64,000 nt of DNA from Octopus sinensis (taxonomy: Eukaryota): NCBI RefSeq assembly GCF_006345805.1, contig NC_042998.1, positions 144,150,001 through 144,214,000 of the forward strand, read 5' to 3'. The translations under genes were made by a program, and so were the position numbers. Shown here piece after piece: positions 25,585-38,440 of this stretch (its first letter is position 1; each line of letters opens with the position of its first letter). The notes below the pieces were generated by a model that was given only the letters and a program-made list of their open reading frames with translations, had not been told where the DNA came from and did not search any database.

Positions 25585-26600
25585 AATTGGCATATCAAGT
25601 TTCAGGCATGGATTGGACAGTTGGATGGCATTGGGTTGGAGTGACAAGCCAGGAGGATGCACCATGTTCCAATCTGATCTGGCAAGGTTTCTACAGCTGG
25701 ATGCCTTTCCTAACGCCAACCACTCAGAGAGGGTAGTGGATGTTTTTACATTCACACCAGCACGGGAGCCAGTCAGGTGGAACTGGCATCAACCACACTG
25801 CATGGGTACCAGTCAGGCAGCACTGGTATCAGCCATGCTCAAATAGTGCTTTTTACATACCACCAGCACAGGAGCCAGTCAGGTGGAACTGGCATCAACC
25901 ACACTGCATGGGTACCAGTCAGGCAGCACTGGTATCAGCCATGCTCAAATAGTGCTTTTTACATACCACCAGCACAGGAACCAGTCAGGCAGAGCAATGC
26001 TCGAATGGTGCTTTTTACACCAGCACAAGTGCCAGTCAGCCGGTACTGGCATCAACCACAACTATGATTTCACTTGGCTCAACAGGTCTTTTCAAACATA
26101 TGATTGAAGGGGTACTTTTAAACAGGCCAATTATGCGACACTGGCATTAACCACGGCTATGATCTCACTTGGCTTGATGGTCTTCTCAAGCACAGCCTAT
26201 CTCCAAAGGTCTTGGTCCCTTGTCATTGCCTCTGTGAGTCCCAACATTCAAAAGTTGTGCTTCATCACTTCATCCCATGTCTTCTTAGGTTTACCTCTTC
26301 CACAGGTTCCCTCCACTGTTAGGGTGTGACACTTCTTCACACAGATGTCCTCATCCATATGCAACACATGACCATATTAATGCAGTAATCTCTCTGGCAC
26401 ACCACATCTGATGCTTCTTATGTCCAACTTCCCTTTCAGGGCACTTACTCTCTGTTATGTATGCACACTGACATGACATTTCCAGCAGAGCATACAAGCT
26501 TCATTTCTTTCAAGCCTACACATGTCCTTAGCAGTCACAGCCTATGTTTCACTGGCATGTAGCTTGCTGTTTGCACACAGGCATCATACAGTCTACCTTG
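25585..26600 (-). mobile_element. 5'-truncated RTE (BovB-like) LINE with a 106-bp tandem repeat in the 3' UTR
   Basis: Minus strand GRLYDACVQ...RLERNEACML...YGHVLHMDEDICVKKC...GTCGRGKPKKTWDEV...MTRDQDLWR; 106-bp units start at 25758, 25864 and 25970 (partial). Confidence 0.9.
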
Positions 26601-26704
26601 CACACTATATATATATATATAATATATATATATATATTATATATATATATATTATATATATATATATATGGATATAGATATATGTATGCATGCATACATA
26701 CATA

Positions 26705-26874
26705 TATATACATTATTTTATTCTTTTACTTGTTTCAGTCATTTGACTGTGGTCATGCTGAAGCACTGCCTTAAAAGGTTTTTTAGTTACAAGGATGTAA
26801 ACACACCATCATCGGTTGTCAAGCAATAGCAGGAGGACAAACATAGACACAAAGATACACACATAAATATATAT

Positions 26875-26911
<37 letters not shown>

Positions 26912-27070
26912 ATGAGCTTCTTTCAGTTTCCGTCTTCTAAATCCACTCACAATGTTCTGGTCAGCTTGAGGCTACAGTAGAAGACACTTGCCTAAGGTGT
27001 CATGCAGTGGGACTAAACCCAAAACCATGTTGTTGGGAAGCAAGTTTCTTACCCCACAGCCACGCCTGAT
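26705..27070 (-). mobile_element. SINE family A with alternative tail
   Basis: Reverse complement of the 6190-6640 type. Confidence 0.85.
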
Positions 27071-27417
27071 ACATACATATATATCATTAGGATCGACTCT
27101 CCCATTGTGAATAACATGTGAGCCTTCAATAACAGTCATACAGGTGTGTAACCCAGACTATGAACATCCAGCAACATCCTTTACCTGTTGTACTTGCACC
27201 TGACTTTATTTACACAGAATCTGTTCCAAAGAGGAATAAGTTTGTGAAGAGCTTGCTCCGACCCTCACTACCTCACCCTCTTATATATACGCTTAATAAA
27301 CTGTCACACAATGTGATGCACATCAGACACAAAAAGATGCATGCTAAGGAAGGTAGGGATGCAAAACCCAGCAGTTGCACAACATATGTGAAAGCTCCCC
27401 TTGCTGCTTAAGAAGAT

Positions 27418-27605
27418 GTAGTGGTGGTGGTGGTGGTGGTGGTGGCGGCGGCAGTGGCAGCAGTGGCGGTGGCGGCAGTAGTAGCGGCGGCGGCGGCGGC
27501 GGCAGCGGCAGCGGCAGCAGCGGCAGCAGCAGCAGCAGCAGCAGCAGTTGAAAATGCTGGTAGCGATGATAATAATGGTGATGATGATCATCATCATCAT
27601 CATTT
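27418..27605. repeat. Compound trinucleotide array (GTG/GCG/GCA/GAT/CAT)
   Basis: Read directly from the sequence. Confidence 0.95.
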
Positions 27606-28090
27606 AACATCCATTTTCAATGATGGCTTGGATTGGATAGTTTGACAGGAGCTGGCAAGTTAGAGAGCGCTCCAAGATCCATTGTCTACTTTGGTATGGT
27701 TTCTACAACTGGATACCCTTCCTAACAGCAGCCACTTTGCAGAGTGTACTGTGGCACCACTGGTGCTTTTTACATGGTACCAGCACCAGTAGGGTCATCA
27801 AGTAACTTGCAAGACAAAGACATCTCAGCTAAGAGAAGGAGTGGTATTGAGGGAAGTAGCTTTGTGTCAGTCGAAAGGTTTAAGTATAATAGAGGGATAG
27901 AGACAGGTGTCTTAATATAGAGGAGATACTTGGCTACTCCAGCAGAAAAGAGGAGAGGAAGGAGCGATAGAGTTAGAGAGAAAGATAGTGAGTCAGACAG
28001 AGTCAGAGAGAATGAGAAATAGATGATGGAGATGTACTGCAACCTACCCACAAAGCTTAGTGGAGATTTTTCATAAGCATGTTAAATGAT

Positions 28091-28123
<33 letters not shown>

Positions 28124-28129
28124 AACAAC

Positions 28130-29750
28130 AAAAGCAGCAAGATGTCAGAATTGCTAGCACATCAGACAAAATGCTTAGTGGCATCTCTTGTCTTTATGTT
28201 CTGAGTTCAAATTCAGCCATGGTTTTGACTTTGCCTTTCATTCTTTCAGGGTTGATAAAGTCAATGTAATCAATTTACACCCACCTCCGAAATTTCTGAC
28301 CTTATGCCAAACTTTGAAATCATTATTATTATTATTATTAAGGCAGCTAGATGGCAGAATCATTAGCACACTAGCTTAGTGGCATTTCATCAATCTTAAC
28401 ATTCTGAGTTTGTCTTCGCCTTTCATTCTTTCGGATGTCAATAAAATAATTACCAGTGTGCTAACGATTCCATTAACAACCTTGCCTGGACTTGTACCTC
28501 GGAAGATAACTTTCTAGGTGCAATATCACGTCATTCTTAACTGAAGTGGGTTCTTTACCCTTTTCCTAGTGTTAAGGTGGCAAACTGACTGAATTGTCAG
28601 CATGTTGGACAACATAATAGGTGGCATTTTTCTTGGCTTTACATTCTGAGTTCAAATTCTGCAGAAGTTGACTTTTTCTCTCATCTTTTTGGGGTAGGAT
28701 GGGGGGGGGGGTCATTGAAATAAGTACCAGTTGAGTACTGAGATCAATGTAATAGATGAGGCCCCTCCTCCAAAATTTCAGGCCTTGTGCCTATAACAGA
28801 AAAGAATCGTTAGCACACTGGACGAAATGCTTACACCACTAAGCATTTCACCCATTACTACATTCTGAGTTCAAATTCCGAGGTTGACTTTGCCTTTCAT
28901 CCTTTTGGGAGTTGATAGATCAAGTACCAGTGGAACACTGGGGTCAATGTAATTGACTTATCCCCTCTCCAAAAATAGCTGCCCTTGTGATAAAATTTGA
29001 AACCATTATTATTATTATTAGGATGCCCAAAACTAGACAAGATGGTGAGATGGTGTGAGGGCAGTTGCTATAGCATTGAGGTAGATCCAGCCACCCCCAT
29101 TAACAGGGACAAAACCCAAAAACATGATGGCTGATGATGAAGATGATGAGCTGGCAGAATCGTTAGCATGCTGGACAAAATGCTCAGCAACATTTCATCC
29201 CTCAGTTACATCAACCCCAATACTGGGGTTGATGTAACTGACTTACCACCTTACCCAAAATCTAAAATCATTACTATTATTATTACTAATACTAAGATGG
29301 TGAGCTGGCAGAATCATTAGCATGCTGGACAAAATGCTTAGTGGCATTTCATCTATCTTCACATTCTGAGTTCAAATTCCACCGAGGTCAACATTGCCTT
29401 TCATGCTTTCAAAGTCAATAAATTAAGTACCAGTAGAGTACTAGGGTCAATGTGATCAACTTAATCCCTTCCCCCAAGTTTGAGGCCTTGTATTTCCTGT
29501 AGAAATTATTATTATTATTATTAATAATAATAATCATTAGCACACTGGGCAAAATGCTTACCAGTATTTCAGCCATTGGTACATTCTGAGTTCAAACTCC
29601 ACCTAGGTCAACTTTATCTTTCATTCTTTTGGGGGTCGATAAAATAAGTACCAGTTAAACACTGTGGTTGATGTAATCGACTCATCCTCTCCCCCAAAAT
29701 TGCTACCATTGTGGCAAAACTTGAAATCATTGTTGTTGTTATTATTATTC
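28130..29750 (+). mobile_element. Array of about 7 same-orientation SINE family B copies, mostly joined by (ATT)n
   Basis: Copies start near 28132, 28339, 28572, 28808, 29140, 29293 and 29536. Confidence 0.85.
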
Positions 29751-30054
29751 ACATATACAAATAAATACTTAAAAGCGGACATTTTATTTTGCTGGTTATT
29801 CATTTACTTCTTTTTTTTCTTCTTTTTTTAAGGTTCTTTTTTTTTGTTATTTGTTTTTAACCTTTTACACCTTTGCTTCATTTGCATAATGGTTAATGGC
29901 AGCAATACTGCATATTAAGTTGCCAGTCAGTTTTGATCTGTTTCTTCCATCACTTCCTCCAATTTCACCAAAGCACTACACAGACACACATAAACACCAC
30001 AAGGCCAAAGGTCAGCCCACCTCTCTTTCTCATGTACAAACACTTACAACTACT

Positions 30055-30064
30055 CATTCATACA

Positions 30065-30100
<36 letters not shown>

Positions 30101-30340
30101 TATATATATTATATATATACATACATACATATATATATATATACATACATATATATATATACATACATATATATATATATACATATATATATATAACATA
30201 CATATATATATATACATATATATATAATACATACATATATATATATACATACATATATATATATACATACATATATATATATACATACATATATATATAT
30301 ACATACATATATATATATACATACATATATATATACATAC

Positions 30341-30374
<34 letters not shown>

Positions 30375-30407
30375 AACATACATATATATATACATACATA
30401 TATATAC

Positions 30408-30455
<48 letters not shown>

Positions 30456-30480
30456 CATACATACATACATACATATATGT
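30055..30480. repeat. (CATA)n/(TA)n microsatellite
   Basis: Read directly from the sequence. Confidence 0.95.
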
Positions 30481-30987
30481 GTGTGTATGCATATGCATTA
30501 AACTGCCAAAATGATGCCTATAGCTATTTATCTTGAGCTCCCAACTAATAATTCATTGATGAAGCTAGATCTCCCATTAATATTGAAAAGGCAATACAAT
30601 AACTACAAGAACAACATCAACATGTTTCTCAGCTAAATCAATTAGCCTATAAATTGCCTTGCTCTCGACGTTAGCCCCCCCCCCCCTCAATTGATTTCCT
30701 AAGTCTTCTATCTACTTATAGAAATTTCCAGAACCAAACAGAACCAGAGAAAACATCTCTTTCTCTCTCCCATACATACACACACACACATACACGCATA
30801 CACACACACACACACACACACACATGCATTTCCCTTTCTATTTATTATTTATTTCTGTTTGATATTCAAAGATGCTATGGTCGAGTATAAAAGCTATTAA
30901 GTTACTAGTTCCAGGATTAAGGGTTTGAACTCCTACAGAAGCATTTCATCCTTCAGTGGAACTAAGGGTTACAATAATAGGTCACAA

Positions 30988-31310
30988 CAGGTATGGGCAA
31001 ACCTTTTTCAAGAAATGGGCTACATGAAACATGGCTCATCAAGCAGGCCACACTACTAAAAAAGTTCAGGATAATTTATCATTAGGCATGCTATTCAGTA
31101 AGTCCTGTGAGCTGTGTGTGGTTACAAGTTTAATCGTGGCTATCAGACAAGTTTGACCCTTTTGATACCAACCTGCTTGAGATCTCCCTTGATTTTATGA
31201 TATAAGCTTCATGCTTTAAAGTGATCTCAGTTAGAACTTCTCATCAAAATTCAATGTTAATTTATGCTCCAAACACCAGCTTAATAAGGATAAAATTATT
31301 TTATTAAATT
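30988..31310 (+). mobile_element. hAT-like TIR fragment (30988) followed by a truncated piggyBac-type MITE (31157)
   Basis: caggtatgggcaaacc resembles hAT TIRs; cccttttgataccaacc matches the MITE end at 56695. Confidence 0.45.
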
Positions 31311-33017
31311 GTTGTTTTCAGAATCAATTGAAATAAAAGCAGTGTATTTCAAAAGAAATTATGGGTGGTTTTTATGTGCTTGCATAGCCAGTTATTTTGG
31401 TCAAACTATCGTATCTGCAGCTGCTTCAGACGAAAATTGTCTAAGTGTAGTACAACGGTTTAGCATTTTTCAAAAGTGTAGTAGCCCCACATACAACAGT
31501 TTTGCAAAGATATTTCTGACTGAAAATATCATACATGCATGGAGTTAAGATTTTATGCACCCAACAAAGTATTATTGTTAAGCTGAAATTGTTGCTAATG
31601 TAAAAAGAAATGGAATGGTGAAACTATTTTTTCATTTTCTGAAAAAGCAACATTTTGGACTTACAACACTTTTGCATAATAGCAATGATATCTACATATG
31701 CAGAGAAATAGTACCAGAGCGACAGCAGGTTATTAGTCATGCAAGGCTCTGGGTGTATGTGTATGTGTGATGCCACATAAAAAAGCACCCAGTACACTCT
31801 CTAAAGTGGTTGGCATTAGAAAGGGCATTTAGCCATTGAAACCATGCCATAGCAGACAATAGAGCCTGGTGCAGATCTATGGCATACCAGCACCTGTCAA
31901 ACCAACCAACCCATGCCAACATGGAAGATGGACATTAAATAATAACCTGCTCTTTTCACTGTACACATACAAGGCCTGTCTACAACACATCTAAAATTCA
32001 TTTTCATACACAGATGATATCACACATCCTCACATTATCTTCTAGACACAACTGCACATGACTATTCCAATGCTACATAAATCCCCTAAAAACTTGGCTT
32101 TATCACAGCAACCGACATAAAATAACACCAAATTTACCATCACCTTTCTCACCAGCAACACCAAGGAACAGCAAATACAACTAATGATCACACTTGATGT
32201 AGGACAAAATCTCACACTGTCTCAATTTTCAGTAGGCAAACAGGCCACAGCAGTTATATGATAAGAATGCTTACACACAGACTTTACACTGTTGACAGTG
32301 TTTCTCTTCCGTGTGTGTGTTTTATACTTCTTTAAGCTGAAATGATGTGAGAATGATTTAATACAAACATCACATTTATATGGTTGCTCTCCAAAGTGAT
32401 CAACTTTAAACTTGCTTTACAACCATGTGGTTTTGGGTTCAGTCCCATGCATAGCACTTTGGGCAAGGCATCTTTTATTATAACCTCAGACCAGCCAATG
32501 TTCTGTGAGTGGATTTGGTAGAAGGAAACTGAAAGAAGCTCATTGTGTGTGTGTGTGTGTGTGTGTGTGTTGTGTGTGTGTGTGTTTGTTTGTGTATAAC
32601 CCCATCACCACCACCATCACTTGATAGTAAATGTTGATTTGTTTACACCTCCATAACTGAGCAGTTTTGCAAAAGAGACTGATAGAACTGATAGACTGAT
32701 TTTTAACCTATGGACTCCTTTGATTACCTACAGCCCCAACAACCATTAATGCTTAAAAACTAGTTTTATACATACTTCTTTCAAAATTCCTATTTTGTTT
32801 TTCACATGTTCACTTGTGTAGATTTGCAGTAGTGCTCTCTTAGGGAGCATGTTTCAGTGACTGGAAACATGTTGAACTGTGTAAAGCATTAAAGAAATAA
32901 ACTAGTAATTTTTTTGCAATAAATACACCTATAGCAAAATTTTTTTCATTTACACCTAAAATACTACCATGGACCCCCAAAAATCTTATATTGACCCCAA
33001 GGAGTCATATGAACCTT

Positions 33018-33032
33018 GGCTGAGAACCACTG
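33018..33032 (-). mobile_element. hAT (Charlie/MER5-like) TIR remnant
   Basis: Reverse complement reads cagtggttctcagcc. Confidence 0.45.
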
Positions 33033-33844
33033 GTGAAACATGTTAAAACTGTGACCCTCTACTCTGTATAATTCATTCTTACATGTCGAAAAGACTTGTG
33101 GGTCACACCAAGTTATTTTGTCAATTATCTGTGTATCATAGGACTACTCAGTCAGAATTGACATAGAGCTATACAACAGCAACAAACAGACAGCCATGCA
33201 ATTTTTGAATTGTACATAGATGTTTTAACATACTTCCAATCACAAACCCTAGGAATGTTATTCCAATACAGACAATTAACTTCATGATAACTCAATGGAA
33301 AGTTAGGGCTGCTATTCAGAATTATGACAAGTGTAACACCACTTGTATGACAGTGTAGCAAGGCATAAAAGGTGGCAATATGACATAATGGTTGTTTGCC
33401 CAAACAAGCATAATTGTTGGTAACCCTATTGGTTAAAATTACTGCCCATGTACAAATTCTAAACTTTCATCAAAGAAATCTTTCACAAAATACAGTTCTT
33501 AGAATTCAGATATGAGCAGTTATAAAAACCCTGATTTTTGGGAAATTAGTCAGTGTTCGTAGGATGTTACTAAACACCATGACACTCACAATAGTGATAG
33601 TTGGATGTACTCCATGACACTCACATTGAGATATTGGCTATTTTTTATGCCACGTCTATGATAAAAATCCAACAAGATTATTTGAATTATTGTGAACTCT
33701 AGTAATTAGTATGAAGGATTAGCTAGTGTGAATTTTTAAGTTGTAATTCTCTACAACAAAATGACTTTACTTTCCAATTGTACTATAAATGCTAAATGTA
33801 CATAAATAAACTAATGTAGTTTCTTAACGTTCTTCAACTAGTTT

Positions 33845-34345
33845 GGTTACAGTGATGCTTGTTTACAACTACCATGCAATGCCAAGACAAAGAGACAGAA
33901 ATACACCCACCTATGATGCATGGGCATGGACAGGCACACACACACACACACACACACACACGCAAACACACACATACAAAACAAGTTACTTTCAATTTCC
34001 AGCAATCAAATCTGCTCACAAGATTTTGGTTAGCATGGGACTATAGAAGAATACACTTGTCAAGGTGCAGTGCAATGGGATTGAACCTGCAACTGTGTGG
34101 TCAAAACGAGCTTTTTAACCACACAACCACCCCAACATGTGTATATGTGCGTGCATGTGTGTGTGTGTATTGGTTTCAAATTTTGGCACTAGACCAGCAA
34201 GTTTTACATACTCAACTGATGCTTATTTTATCAACCCTGAAAGGATGAAAGGCAAAATCAACCTCACTGGAATTTGAACTAAGGAAGTAAAAGTAGACGA
34301 AATGCCACTTAGAATTTTGTCCAGCACAGTAAGGATTTTGCATAT
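33845..34345 (-). mobile_element. SINE family A and family B remnants
   Basis: Reverse complements of both consensus types. Confidence 0.75.
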
Positions 34346-34624
34346 ATTATTTCAATCATGTGGTCTCTCCTTGATTATACATGTACCTGCAATGACATTC
34401 ACCTGGGATGGATTGAACCAGGTCTGACCAATAAACTCACTACAACCCTCACAAATGCTGACTACATTTAACAGTTGGCCCTAACATTCCAGCAGGCAAA
34501 GTAATGTTTCTGCCCATGGCCCAAAAGTCCCGTTTGCAAATTTGACAAATGCCCCACTAGGAGAACACATGTGTTGGATAGTGCAGATGCTGTAGCTGTA
34601 ATCATTAATTGTTGTTAAGGTGTT

Positions 34625-34830
34625 GGGTTCATGTGGAAGTGTGTGGTGAGGGTATTGGACTCATGATCATAAGACTGTGGTTTCGATTCTTGGACCAGGC
34701 AAAACACTTTGTTTCATGTTGCTCAAATCCACTCAGCTGGTAAAAATGAGTAATCCTGCGACAGACCAGAGTCCCCTCCAAGTGTGGAATACATACACCA
34801 TGAAACCAGGAAGCCAACCCTTGTGAGTCA
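34625..34830 (+). mobile_element. tRNA-derived SINE, additional family (related copy at about 50755-50990)
   Basis: B-box gtttcgattc; body aaacacttt.tttcatgttgctc..tc.actcag.tg.aaatgagt shared between the two copies. Confidence 0.65.
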
Positions 34831-37082
34831 GTATGACACAAGAAGGTAACTTTACTAACTGTTGGGTTCATGTTCAGAGTTTCAATGGGAATACAAGTTC
34901 ACATGTGGTCCCCAGTCACATGCATACACATGTTGGGGTAGTATGATCTGCAGCAGCTCACCTTGCTGTCGATTGCCAACCATCACAGAGGATTCACAGA
35001 TCAAATCTCTGATTATTGCAGTAAATATTGCCAGTACTTGAAGCGGGTGGTACACATGCAAGTTAACCTATAGCTGGGACGCTAACAAGTGCTGGTACTT
35101 TCAGACAGAATAGGCCTGGAAACAATAGTGGCTAAGAAGGAATTCCACACTCCTCAAAACCATGGAACTCTCATACCAAGGCCTCACTAACAAATGCCAT
35201 TTGAAGTCTTACCCAACCACCTGTATATAAAAACATGCACCGTTGCATAATAGTACCATATATGTATACAGCAGAGCACAATTCTATTGCATTTAATTTT
35301 TCTTAGAACTGTTTTTTTTTTTTCTTTTCTGAAAATTTGTAATTCGTCCAGCACGAGCTAAAATCGCTCAAATCTTAACAACAAAAACATTGGTCAAACA
35401 TTTTTTTAAAATTTGTTTCGTTAATTAATAAAATATATATAAATTTCTGGCCTCATCAGCTTCTGAGATACTAGGGTGGCCCTGAATAACAATCGAGTAA
35501 TCAATTAAGCAAACATAATGAAAACCGTGGCAGCTAATGTATTGGTAGATGAATATATTTGCGGTAGCGGTGGTGGCGGCGGTGGTAGTGATGGTGGTTA
35601 CACAGTAACGATTGTAATAGTCAATGTGGTGCAGTAAAGCTAGTAGTTACAACTATGTCATAACGACTCTCGACACACACTAGCAGACACTATGTGCCTA
35701 AGACGTACCAACAGCAGCAACACTAGCAACAGTAGTAGTACTAAGCAGTTTTAGAAGTAGTAGAAGTAAAAAAAAAAAGAAAGGAAATATAGATCTTATG
35801 TAATAGTGGTGGTCGTAGGAGCGGCAGTAACATCTTACGCAATAGTAGCAGGAGTAAGCGGCGCAGCAGCAGCAGCAACAACATAGATTTCAGGAAATAG
35901 TAGTTGTAGCAGTAACAACATAGATCTTATCTAGTAGTAGTAGCAGTAGTAACAATAATAGATCTTATGTAATTGTACTTCTACTGAATATAGCAAGTTG
36001 CTGTGATTATGTAATAAAATTACCTGCAAACCGCGGCAGCAGCAACAGTAGTAGTAGTAGTTGTTGTTGTTGTTGTTTAGCCCCAGTCAGCGCCGAGTGA
36101 GCAGGTTAATTATAATCAATACAGATACGTATTACTCGCAATCATCCCGGCTTTTTCCCTGTCCCTTCTCAAGCAGCATCTAGGACCACCTCATTCAATT
36201 TGCACCTCAGTTTTTTTGGGGTTTTTTTTTTCTTTTAAGCTATTAAAGTGAGGTTTGGCTACTATATCTAAGAGGCCATGTACAGGTTCCTTCTCAGTCT
36301 TCTTCGAAGACGTTGCTGCAGTCAGTTGCAACTACCACGATGAGGAGTGTATCTGGCAGTTTTCCGATCTCCGTGTAGCGTGTCAGAAATGTGGGAGGAT
36401 TAAAGCTTGTAGGTAAAGTGTTTAGTTAATATGAAATATTGGAATATGTTTTCTTGCCTTGAAGTATAAACCAACACCTTCTTGAAGCATGAAATTATTG
36501 GAATCAGTCCGACCACTGCCAAGGTATACCACCCTACACAGTTACTACTACGAGTACTACACTACAAAGCTGCACGAAAAATAAAGATTTGTATTCCACG
36601 GTTATCACAACTTAATAACCAGATACTTTGTGCTGTTTTATTTTATTTTATTTTGCAGCAAGCAATTTACTACAAAAAACAATTGTGTGCATGTGTGTAA
36701 AAATGTTATGTTTATGAAATGGAATGAAACAGAAAATAATGCATTTGATGACAAAAAGACATCCCTATTCCAGCAGCGCATTTCTGGAAAAAAAGTTTAC
36801 TACATCAAAGCTTATGGGGGGCTCAACTTCGTGGTTTCTAATATATGGAGAGTGGGGCGTCATATTTTGCTATCAAATACGTTAACTACAGGCATGTCCC
36901 ATTGCATTTCAGTCGTTCCTGCTTGACAAAGCCTCTCTCTCATCCAAGGAGTTGAATTAAAAACTGCATCCTTATGACACCTTATCAATTTCACTGTAAT
37001 GTTACAGTGATTTATATTTTATTCACTGGCGTGTGATCTGGTTCACTTTATTATCACGACAATGGAAAGAATGACAAGATAG

Positions 37083-37500
37083 TGTAACGTGAAAGGATCT
37101 ATCATCGAAGCACTGGCAGGGTGTCGAGATCCTTTCTAGTCACATACAAAAATTCTTGTAGAAAACAAACAGACGAAACTCAGGTTAAAGGTGAACAGAC
37201 AACTTGGTTTATTGATTCATGGTTGTACGTTGTCTGATGGGGGAATAGACAGCCTCTGATATACTGCTGGTGTTGGTCGTTGAGGTTGGTTGAAGTTGGT
37301 TGAAGTTGGTGTGTGGCTGTCAGAGCCAGGAAAACCGTGACCGATCGCAGTGCTGTCTTGAGCCGAAGAGAGAGATTTGAGGTTCGCGGGCTCGAGAGAT
37401 GTTTTCCCGCACATGCGCATGGGGAAGACTTCCGGTGGCCACCCGGAAGTAGTCCCATTCTGCGCATGCGCGCCGAACCCTACACTGTAGCATCACTACA
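37083..37500 (-). repeat. 3' LTR (418 bp)
   Basis: Minus strand tgtagtg...cgttaca; AATAAA at 37208-37213. Confidence 0.97.
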
Positions 37501-37513
37501 GGGCTCCCCTCCG
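37501..37513 (-). promoter_or_regulatory. Polypurine tract
   Basis: Minus strand ggaggggagccc immediately before the 3' LTR. Confidence 0.85.
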
Positions 37514-37619
37514 AGTGCGAAGTACGGCAACCAGAATATTGTGGTGGTGCTGCAGAAAACAGAAGGCTTGCCGATCCCCCAGAAGACTTGGTACATACTA
37601 TTATACAATAAGAAACATT

Positions 37620-38440
37620 TTAAAGTTAAATGTAAATTGTTTTTGAAAGTTTCTTGGGCCAATGCACTGTTCTGCCCGATTTTGTAACATACGGTGTGCT
37701 CGGGGCACCCGTTGACGGCGAGGGTGGTGTTGTAGGAGCCGGTGAAGGTGATTGTGCAGGTGAGGGCGTTTGTGCAGGTGAAGGCGTTTGTGCAGGTGAA
37801 GGCGTTGTTAAAGGTGCATAGGTGGGTGTGTCAAGGTTGTCATCAAAAGATGAAGACGTCTCAAAATGTGCCTTTTTTTAACGGTCCACGGAAACGGTCT
37901 CCGAACGACCATTTATCTCAATCGTGAAAACCTTTGGTGTGCGAGAAAGCACACGAAAAGGTCTTTATAGGGAGAAACAAGTGGGCCCTTCACAGAATCG
38001 TCCCGAACAAAAAATGCGACCAGGTGTTCATATCCGGTGGAAGATGGGACGGTGGAGATTGCTTTCTGGGAAGCATGGGCGGAAGGTTTGAAAAATATTC
38101 CGCAGTCTGGTGACATAGGTCGCCGGATCATGGGGCGGGAAGTGTCTGGCACCAACATCGTACCGGGCAATGCCAGTGTGGTACCATACAGCAGCTCTGC
38201 AGCAGAAAAACCCAGGTCTGCCTTGACAGCAGTCCGACAGCCGAGAAGCACAATGGGCAGAAATTCGATCCAGGACTGTGGGTCCGAAGAGGCACGAAGA
38301 GCGGCCTTGAGCTGTCTATGGAACCGCTCAACCAATCCATTAGACGCTGGATGGTAGCTTGTGGTGTGGATATGGTGCATACCAAAATTCGCGACAATTC
38401 GCGAAATAGCGAGGCCTCAAACTGTCGTCACGATCAGTTG
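37620..38440 (-). pseudogene. pol: Gypsy integrase core and C-terminus (frameshifted)
   Basis: HIHTTSYHPASNGLVERFHRQLKAAL...WIEFLPIVLLGCRTAVKADLGFSAAELLYG; C-terminal VTKSGRTVHWPKKL; 18-bp x3 repeat at about 37753-37806. Confidence 0.9.

Noticed and set aside
37180-37687. ORFs inside the LTRs (also 39366-39769)
   Set aside because: No gag or env motifs; incidental frames in GC-rich LTR sequence.
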